This document shows positions 57,828 to 64,000 of a DNA stretch of 64,000 bases, in pieces. The DNA is from an uncultured Lachnospiraceae bacterium (GTDB lineage: Bacteria; Bacillota; Clostridia; Lachnospirales; CAG-274). How positions within the stretch are numbered: position 1 is the first letter of the stretch; each line of letters starts with the position of its first letter. The stretch spans positions 3,398 through 67,397 of the forward strand of contig CAZZLN010000003.1 in assembly GCA_964654945.1 (NCBI GenBank). Reading direction: 5' to 3'. A model generated the notes under the pieces. That model worked only from the letters and a program-made list of their open reading frames with translations, was not told where the DNA came from and made no database searches. Made by a program: the position numbers and the translations under genes.

Positions 57828-57857
57828 AGAAGACTGCGACTGTGGTCTTCTTTTTTT
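57828..57857 (+). terminator. Orphan intrinsic terminator with no upstream annotated gene on this strand
   Basis: Stem AGAAGACTGC / GTGGTCTTCT (including G-U pairs), loop GACT, followed by a T-run ending at 57857. The nearest upstream gene is aqpZ on the opposite strand. Confidence 0.6.
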
Positions 57858-58000
57858 GTTATTCATAAAATTAATGGTAATTTTAACCAAAAAGTATAAA
57901 ATTGCATAATGTTTTATGTAAAAATGAAAAAATAATTATAATTATTGCTGATAAAAATAAAATAAGTTGTGAAAATTACTAAAAAATTTATAAAAAACAC

Positions 58001-58030
58001 TTGGCAAGATATATAGTTTTATGTTATAAT
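58001..58030 (+). promoter_or_regulatory. Sigma-A-like promoter with extended -10 for the sugar ABC operon
   Basis: TTGGCA at 58001-58006, 18-nt spacer, TGT-TATAAT with the -10 at 58025-58030. This leaves a leader of about 260 nt before the ATG at 58298. Confidence 0.5.
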
Positions 58031-58062
58031 AATAGCACAGGTTATATAAGATATATAGTTTT
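58006..58062 (+). repeat. Two copies of the 15-nt direct repeat AAGATATATAGTTTT, 42 nt apart, flanking the -10 element
   Basis: Copies at 58006-58020 and 58048-58062 are identical. Each is followed shortly by AATAGCA. Confidence 0.6.
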
Positions 58063-58297
58063 GCAATAGCAGTAAACTGTTTCTTTTGTGTAAAATGCCA
58101 ATTAAAATTGTGTTGTTTAATTATTTCTTTGTGAATATTATCAGAGAGAACATCTTAGACAGGGCAGTTTTTCTGCGACAGGACAGAGAGATTTTTTATT
58201 GATTAGGTCATATCATAAAAGTGACTCCCTTATTGCTTTTATGGCTGTTGACTAAATAATGGACTATATAATACATAAAATTAAAAGGAGGATTTCC

Positions 58298-59959
58298 ATG
58301 AAAAAGAATGTTATCAAACGATTTGTGGCATTCGGGTTATCAGTTATGATGATTACAGGGGTTACCGGATGTGGTTATTCAGACTTAAAGCCTAGTCAGG
58401 ATGGCGGTGATGTTACTGCTAAGCCTGAGAGCATCAAGGTTATGGCTGATACTATTCTTGAAGAAGCAAATGGACTTCAGGATTTCTGTACTGAATATGA
58501 AAGACTTACAGGCATTAAACTTACAGTTGAAAAGCCTGACCACGCAAAATATTATGAAAAGGTTACACTTTCATTTGCTGCTGAACAGCCTGCAGACATT
58601 ATTCAGATGGGTTCTACATATTATCCTGAACTTGCAAATTCACAGGCTCTCTGGAATATGACAGATGCTTGGGATAACCCTGAATATGATGGTCAGGAAG
58701 GCTGGGAAAACAGAGATAAGGTTAAAAAGATTATCGACAATGATTATGTTGATGCTTTGAGAATTGACGTTAATGTTCCTGTTCTTGATGAAGAAGGTCA
58801 GGCTATTACAGATTCACTTGGTACTCCTGAAACTGAGTTTAAGGAGCAGCAGTTATATGGTTTCCCAATGGATGCCGGAAATGGTACTGTTACATATGTC
58901 AGAAAAGACTGGTTAGATCAGCTTGGCTTGGAACAGCCAAAAAACTATGAAGAATTTATAGCAATGCTCCAGGCTTTTAAGGATAATGAAGGTGTTGGTA
59001 TGATTCCTAAGGGTGTTATTCCTCTTACCGCAGCAGGTCTTTTCCAGGCTGATACACCTTATGATATATATATGAGAGAATTTTATCAGGATGCCAAGCC
59101 TGATTTCTATAGAGATAAGGAAACAGGTGAATATGTAGATGGTTTCTCAGAGCCTGAAATGAAAGCTGCAATTGAAAGAATGAGAGATGCTTATCAGAGA
59201 GGTCTTATTGATGCAGAAATCGTAACTAATAAAACTTCTACTTGCAGAGATAAGGTTGGTCAGGGTCTTGTTGGAGCATTTAACTACTGGGCAGGTATAT
59301 GGTCAAAGAAACTTAATAAATCTCTTAACAGAGGTGAGCTTGTTGCAATTAGTCCAATAGAAGAAATGAAGTCATTAAATAACAAGGGCGAATGGGTATC
59401 AGGCTACACTGAGAGAGTTCCTTCCGCTTTTGCTATGTCAGTTTATGCTAAGAATAAAAAAGCAATATTTAATCAATTCTTAATGTATTCTCATGATGGC
59501 GGCGAAGGTCAGATGTTATTTACTCATGGTGTTGAAGAAGGTATGATTCCTGAGGATAAGATTACTTACAGCGGAAAGAATGGTCATTATAAGTGGCTTA
59601 ATGATGAACATACTGAAGCTGAAGCTTTAAAATACTACAGCAATGAAAAGACTGATGTTGAAAAAGCTATGTATGCACCTGAATTAACCATTACAGAGTG
59701 GAATGACCCAATTCCAACAGAACAAGTTGTTACTGATTCACTTGAAGTATACAGACAGCACAGAGCATTTGCTGCCGTACCTATTGTAACTGATGTAGTT
59801 GCTGAAAATCTTGCTGACCTTAATGTTGTTAAGCAGCAGGTTGTAGCTGAAGCTGTAACAGGAAAGATTACAGCTGATGAAGCCATTGAAGAATATCTTA
59901 CTGAAGGTGCTTTCTATGTAAGTGAAATTCTTAATGACTTAAATGGTACTGAGGAATAA
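58298..59959 (+). CDS. Extracellular solute-binding lipoprotein of a carbohydrate ABC importer (LplA-like, large family-1 SBP)
   Basis: Lipobox VTGCGY. About 550 aa. AAAGGAGG RBS 6 nt before the ATG at 58298. Followed by two MalFG-type permease genes. Confidence 0.85.
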   Translation: MKKNVIKRFVAFGLSVMMITGVTGCGYSDLKPSQDGGDVTAKPESIKVMADTILEEANGLQDFCTEYERLTGIKLTVEKPDHAKYYEKVTLSFAAEQPADIIQMGSTYYPELANSQALWNMTDAWDNPEYDGQEGWENRDKVKKIIDNDYVDALRIDVNVPVLDEEGQAITDSLGTPETEFKEQQLYGFPMDAGNGTVTYVRKDWLDQLGLEQPKNYEEFIAMLQAFKDNEGVGMIPKGVIPLTAAGLFQADTPYDIYMREFYQDAKPDFYRDKETGEYVDGFSEPEMKAAIERMRDAYQRGLIDAEIVTNKTSTCRDKVGQGLVGAFNYWAGIWSKKLNKSLNRGELVAISPIEEMKSLNNKGEWVSGYTERVPSAFAMSVYAKNKKAIFNQFLMYSHDGGEGQMLFTHGVEEGMIPEDKITYSGKNGHYKWLNDEHTEAEALKYYSNEKTDVEKAMYAPELTITEWNDPIPTEQVVTDSLEVYRQHRAFAAVPIVTDVVAENLADLNVVKQQVVAEAVTGKITADEAIEEYLTEGAFYVSEILNDLNGTEE

Positions 59960-60063
59960 TTTTCGAATTAAAATATATGAGTACTGTGGTATATATTACA
60001 GCTTAAAACTGTAAATCTATACGGGGTGCTTATGATAAATCTTAAATGAAAGGATGTTTATAT

Positions 60064-61071
60064 ATGGCTAAAACTCCAGATACAGCTCAGTTTGATCATA
60101 TTGTAGTTAAAGAGCCTAGTGTTACGGAACGTATGTACAAGTACAGATATTTCTATCTTATGTTCATTCCTGTTGCTGTAGTATTATTTATTTTCTATTA
60201 TTGGCCAATGGCCGGTATCAGATTTGCATTTTCAACTTATAAATTAAAGCAAATTGCTACTCAGGCAGGTCCCGATTACAGTATTGGCTTGGGCAACTTT
60301 GCTAAATTGCTTGATTCTCCGCCATTTCTTGCGGCATTAAGCAATACATTAATTTTGAGTTTGGTTAAGTTAATACTTTCAACTGTTGTTACTGTTGGTA
60401 TTGCACTTTTACTTAATGAAATAGGCAATATGTGGTTTAAAAAGATTGTACAGACTGTGCTTTATCTTCCACATTTCTTATCTTGGGTAGTTGCAGCTTC
60501 TATATTTATGCTTCTTCTTTCAGCAGGTACTGATGCTTCCGGCGAAAGTTCAGCAAATATGGGATTTATTAATGCAATTATATGGAATATATGTAATTTA
60601 TTTGGTGTTAAATATCAGGCAATCGATTTCGTATCTGAGAGCAGTACATGGCGTGGCGTATGGTACATAATGAACTTGTGGAAAGAAACCGGTTGGGGAA
60701 CAATTATTTACTTAGCTGCTTTATCAGGCATAAGTCCTGATTTATATGAAGCTGCGGAAATTGATGGTGCAGGCAGAATTAAGCAGACTTGGTATATTAC
60801 CATTCCATCACTTATGAATACTATATTAGTTGTATTTATTCTTAATCTTGCTAAGATTATGAATATTTTTGAATCTGTATTCGTACTTTACAACTCACTT
60901 GTTTATGATGTATCTGATGTTATTCAGACTTATACATATCGTGTTGGTATCGTTGGCAACAACTATGGTTATTCTACAGCAATCGGTTTGTTCAAATCCG
61001 TTATCTCTCTTATTCTTGTTACTGCTTCTGATGCAATAAGCAAGAAAATCAGAGGCTATGGTATTGTATAG
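60064..61071 (+). CDS. Carbohydrate ABC transporter permease (LplB-like)
   Basis: Six TM segments and the EAA loop YEAAEIDGAGRIKQ. ATG at 60064 after AAAGGA. Confidence 0.85.
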   Translation: MAKTPDTAQFDHIVVKEPSVTERMYKYRYFYLMFIPVAVVLFIFYYWPMAGIRFAFSTYKLKQIATQAGPDYSIGLGNFAKLLDSPPFLAALSNTLILSLVKLILSTVVTVGIALLLNEIGNMWFKKIVQTVLYLPHFLSWVVAASIFMLLLSAGTDASGESSANMGFINAIIWNICNLFGVKYQAIDFVSESSTWRGVWYIMNLWKETGWGTIIYLAALSGISPDLYEAAEIDGAGRIKQTWYITIPSLMNTILVVFILNLAKIMNIFESVFVLYNSLVYDVSDVIQTYTYRVGIVGNNYGYSTAIGLFKSVISLILVTASDAISKKIRGYGIV

Positions 61072-61088
61072 GAAAGGGGATATTATTT

Positions 61089-62057
61089 ATGACTAAAAAA
61101 TTTAATTTGTTTAGTAAACAATATGCTGCCCGTTCCTGGTTTGTATTGTTTAACACATTATTCTTTATTCTTCTTATGATTGTTATGATTGTGCCAATCT
61201 GGAAGATATTCTGTGATTCAATGGTTAATTCCACAGTATACGGTATTAATCTTATTCCAAAGGGTCTTGATTCAGATGCTTATAAGCAGTTATATGCTCA
61301 ATTGACAGCAGGCGGTATGGAAGATGTTGCTGCTGATGCTCAGGCTACAATTGATGCAACAAAATGGTTTAATCCGGTTGCCTATAAGATGATTCTTACT
61401 CAGAAATCATTGTATATGCCGTTTTTGATTTCTATTTATACAACAGCAATGACTACATTCTTAGGCTTATTAATTTCTACACTTGGTGCTTATGTTCTTA
61501 TTCAGAAAGATATGCCCGGTGTTAAGTTATTCAGTTATGCAATGTTATTTACAATGATATTTAACGGCGGTCTTATCCCTACATTCTTGGTTATGAAGAA
61601 TATTGGTTTACTTAACTCTTTATGGGCAGTTATTCTTCCAATGTCTATGAATGTATATAATTTAGTACTTATGAGAAGTTTCTTTGAAGGTATACCTTCA
61701 AGCTTATTTGAAGCTGCTGAAATTGATGGATGCACTCCAATGGGTATTTTCTTTAAGATTGTACTTCCATTGTCAAAGGCTGCTCTTGCATCAATAGGTT
61801 TATTCTTTGCTGTTGCTGCATGGTCAGAGTACTTCCACTATGTAATTTATATTTCTGATACCAGTTTATACAATTTCCAGTATAAATTAAGAGATCTTTT
61901 CGCTGATAAACAGGAAAGCTTTGATGGCATTGATATTAACGTAAACACTCTTAAAAGTGCGGCCGTTATTGTATCTATTGTACCGTTTATGTTTATTTAT
62001 CCATTCTGTCAGAAATACTTTATGACAGGTGTTACTATGGGTGCTGTTAAGGAATAA
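61089..62057 (+). CDS. Carbohydrate ABC transporter permease (LplC-like)
   Basis: EAA loop FEAAEIDGCTPMGIFFKIVLP. Polytopic membrane protein. Confidence 0.85.
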   Translation: MTKKFNLFSKQYAARSWFVLFNTLFFILLMIVMIVPIWKIFCDSMVNSTVYGINLIPKGLDSDAYKQLYAQLTAGGMEDVAADAQATIDATKWFNPVAYKMILTQKSLYMPFLISIYTTAMTTFLGLLISTLGAYVLIQKDMPGVKLFSYAMLFTMIFNGGLIPTFLVMKNIGLLNSLWAVILPMSMNVYNLVLMRSFFEGIPSSLFEAAEIDGCTPMGIFFKIVLPLSKAALASIGLFFAVAAWSEYFHYVIYISDTSLYNFQYKLRDLFADKQESFDGIDINVNTLKSAAVIVSIVPFMFIYPFCQKYFMTGVTMGAVKE

Positions 62058-62068
62058 TTTTAAAATGT

Positions 62069-62098
62069 GTGCCTTTGCTTCGGCAGAGGCACTTTTTT
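62069..62098 (+). terminator. Intrinsic terminator after the second permease gene
   Basis: Stem GTGCCTTTGC / GCAGAGGCAC (one G-U pair), tetraloop TTCG, followed by TTTTTT. It lies inside the spurious N-terminal extension of the next ORF in the track. Confidence 0.7.
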
Positions 62099-62114
62099 AT
62101 TAAGGAGATTTAAT

Positions 62115-63101
62115 ATGAATTCTGAATACAACAGTTTTTCTTTTATTAAAAATAGTTTAGATAATTGTGTTCAACATAGATTTAATGGTAAGACAATTAG
62201 TGATTTTGAATTTTGGAAAAATAATATGAGAATAAAATTGTCAAAGATTTTAGGCTTGGATAAAATGAAACCTGATATAAAAAATAATGAGTTTATATTT
62301 AAAAAAGATTATAAAAATTATACTTTAGAAAAATATGTTTTAAATACACTTAGAAATCTTAAAATGCCTTATTATAAGCTTACTCCTAAAAATGGCTGCA
62401 ATAAAGCTGTTATTGCAATACATGGACATGGAAGTGACGGAAAAGAGGGTCTGGCAGGCTTTGAAGGTGAGAGCTTTAAATCAAATATAGTTAAATTTAA
62501 TTATTCCTATGGCTATGATTTTTTGAATAAAGGGTATACTGTATATATTCCTGATCTTCCGGGTGCCGGTGAAAGAATGTTGGGTATTTATGGAGATAAA
62601 AGAGCAGAGTGCAGCGATATAAATAATGCTCTTATTAGTATGGGAATGTGTCTTCAGGGTATTATTCTTTCTGAAATGAAAATTTTGCTGGATTTAATAT
62701 CTGAGAAATATGAATATATTGGCTGCTGTGGTTTTTCAGGGGGTGCAAATTGCGGAATTTGGCTTTCTGCAATGGATGACAGACTAAGCTTTTGTGTTAT
62801 AAGCGGTTTTTTTCACAGCTTTAAGGACACATTGCTGTATACAAACAGATGCGGATGTAATTTTGTGCCCAAATTATGGGAAGTAGCCGATATGGGTGAC
62901 TTGCTTGCTGTGGCAGCACCTCTTGATATATATATTGAAACCGGAAAGTATGATAAGCTTAACGGGGTAAGGGGCATTGATGGTGTGTTGGAGCAGCTGG
63001 AAATTGCAAACACAGCTTATGCTGTTTTTAACAAAAAGCTTACTATAAATATATGTGATGGAGAACATAAATGGTTTGGAAGCATATTAGATAAAATATA
63101 A
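62115..63101 (+). CDS. Cytoplasmic alpha/beta-hydrolase, putative carbohydrate esterase
   Basis: AAGGAG RBS before the ATG at 62115. HGHGSDGKEG segment, nucleophile elbow GFSGGAN and C-terminal DGEHKW. No signal peptide. Confidence 0.6.
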   Translation: MNSEYNSFSFIKNSLDNCVQHRFNGKTISDFEFWKNNMRIKLSKILGLDKMKPDIKNNEFIFKKDYKNYTLEKYVLNTLRNLKMPYYKLTPKNGCNKAVIAIHGHGSDGKEGLAGFEGESFKSNIVKFNYSYGYDFLNKGYTVYIPDLPGAGERMLGIYGDKRAECSDINNALISMGMCLQGIILSEMKILLDLISEKYEYIGCCGFSGGANCGIWLSAMDDRLSFCVISGFFHSFKDTLLYTNRCGCNFVPKLWEVADMGDLLAVAAPLDIYIETGKYDKLNGVRGIDGVLEQLEIANTAYAVFNKKLTINICDGEHKWFGSILDKI

Positions 63102-63151
63102 AAATTATGATATTAAAATTTGTAAATTTTTGATTAAATAATTAAAATGTG

Positions 63152-63180
63152 TTGAAACATAATTAGTAATATGTTACAAT
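63152..63180 (+). promoter_or_regulatory. Sigma-A-like promoter with extended -10 for the GH28 gene
   Basis: TTGAAA at 63152-63157, 17-nt spacer, TGT-TACAAT with the -10 at 63175-63180. Confidence 0.45.
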
Positions 63181-63215
63181 ATAAGTACAAATATATTAAA
63201 TGGAGGTAAGTATTT

Positions 63216-64000
63216 ATGGCAATTATTAACATTATTGATTGTGGTGCTGTTGCAGATGGAAAGACTTCTTGTACTAAGGCAATCGCAGCTGCTGTTGAAA
63301 AATGTGTTGAATTAGGCGGAGGAACTGTTTTTGTGCCTGCAGGTACATATCTTACCGGTCCTATATTTTTAAAAAGCAATATTGAATTAAATCTTGAAGC
63401 CGGTGCTACGCTTTTATTCTCAAATGATATGTCTGAATATCCAGTTGTAGAATCACGCTGGGAAGGTATTAAGAGAGAATGTTTTGCATCTCTTATTAAT
63501 GCTTATAATGCAGAAAATGTTTCTATTACAGGCAGAGGTAAGCTTGACGGACAGGGTCAGTTCTGGTGGAATCTTTTTAAAGACAAGGCAAAATATTATG
63601 AAGAATATACTTATCCAAGACCAAAGATGATTGCACCTTATGAATGTAAGAATGTTTTAATAAAGGGTGTAACTCTTGTTAATTCTCCAAGTTGGACAGT
63701 AAATCCTATTCTTTCTGATAATATTACTATTGACAATGTAACTATTAAAAATCCTTATGATTCACCAAATACCGATGGTATTGATCCTGATTCTTGTACT
63801 AATATTCATATTTCTAACTGTCATATTGATGTTGGTGATGACTGTATTGCTATTAAGGCCGGTACAGAAGATACTGAAGAAAGAATTCCTTGTAAGAACA
63901 TTACTATAACTAACTGCACAATGGTTCATGGTCATGGCGGTGTAGTTTTAGGCTCTGAAATGAGCGGAAGTATTGTTAATGTAACAATTTCTAACTGTGT
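63216..64000 (+). CDS. Glycoside hydrolase family 28 polygalacturonase, 5' part (runs off the window)
   Basis: Not in the ORF track because there is no stop before the window end. My own translation from the ATG at 63216 (GGAGGT RBS) gives MAIINIIDCGAVADGKT... with GH28 motifs SPNTDGIDPD, GDDCIAIK and HGHGG. No signal peptide. Confidence 0.85.
   Translation, partial: MAIINIIDCGAVADGKTSCTKAIAAAVEKCVELGGGTVFVPAGTYLTGPIFLKSNIELNLEAGATLLFSNDMSEYPVVESRWEGIKRECFASLINAYNAENVSITGRGKLDGQGQFWWNLFKDKAKYYEEYTYPRPKMIAPYECKNVLIKGVTLVNSPSWTVNPILSDNITIDNVTIKNPYDSPNTDGIDPDSCTNIHISNCHIDVGDDCIAIKAGTEDTEERIPCKNITITNCTMVHGHGGVVLGSEMSGSIVNVTISNC

Noticed and set aside
58248-58272. TTGACT ... TATAAT pair just upstream of the SBP gene.
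   Set aside because: The spacer is only 13 nt, which is incompatible with a sigma-A promoter. The upstream promoter at 58001-58030 has proper geometry.
63134-63379. 81-aa minus-strand ORF in the track at the window end.
   Set aside because: It overlaps the start of a plus-strand open frame (63216 onward) that has clear GH28 motifs, a GGAGGT RBS and a good promoter. The minus-strand ORF is spurious.
1-64000. Looked for mobile elements, CRISPR arrays, defence islands, toxin-antitoxin pairs, and rRNA, tRNA or tmRNA genes.
   Set aside because: No transposase, integrase, recombinase or phage-like ORFs appear in any frame. There are no regularly spaced 25-40-nt direct repeats. No intergenic gap is long or GC-rich enough to hold a structured stable RNA, apart from the regions flagged in the findings. 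A proper tRNAscan/Rfam/PADLOC run could still find things I cannot see by eye.

Overview
This window is a low-GC chromosomal segment (roughly one-third G+C by eye) from a spore-forming Clostridia-type Firmicute. Sporulation is indicated by a GerA-type germinant receptor operon and a SpoIID/LytB-domain protein.

I count about 55 protein genes. By eye I found no rRNA or tRNA, no transposase, integrase or phage genes, no CRISPR array and no recognisable defence island.

The backbone consists of conserved housekeeping blocks:
- gatC(partial)-gatA-gatB
- queA-rarA
- uppP
- xth
- an amino-acid ABC operon
- rqcH
- yicC-gmk-rpoZ-priA-def-fmt
- pyrH-frr-uppS-cdsA-dxr-rseP-ispG-(membrane protein)-polC
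- a convergent rubrerythrin / reverse-rubrerythrin pair
- a RelQ-like small alarmone synthetase plus a metallophosphoesterase
- ppiB
- an OmpR-type response regulator and histidine kinase pair
- ecfA(fused)-ecfT-truA-mltG-trmR-like-U32

Pectin-degradation functions are interspersed in this backbone:
- a secreted PL1 pectate lyase with a C-terminal dockerin
- a 1388-aa CE8 pectinesterase / tandem SGNH (CE12-like) / SLH protein
- a single-cohesin, triple-SLH surface anchor
- at the 3' end, a sugar ABC importer followed by an alpha/beta-hydrolase and a signal-peptide-less GH28 polygalacturonase that runs off the window

I did not find a clear-cut novel multi-gene system. The most unusual items are:
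- the minimal cohesin/dockerin pectinase-display pair
- a catalytically degenerate second SGNH module
- a germinant receptor whose C subunit is half length
- a tightly linked alarmone synthetase plus calcineurin-like phosphoesterase pair
- a fused EcfA1-EcfA2 ATPase
- an 810-bp intergenic region holding an orphan intrinsic terminator and two sets of phased direct repeats
- a long hairpin leader upstream of a YczE-like membrane protein gene

All hairpin, promoter and repeat coordinates were counted by hand. All homology statements rest on motif recognition, not searches.
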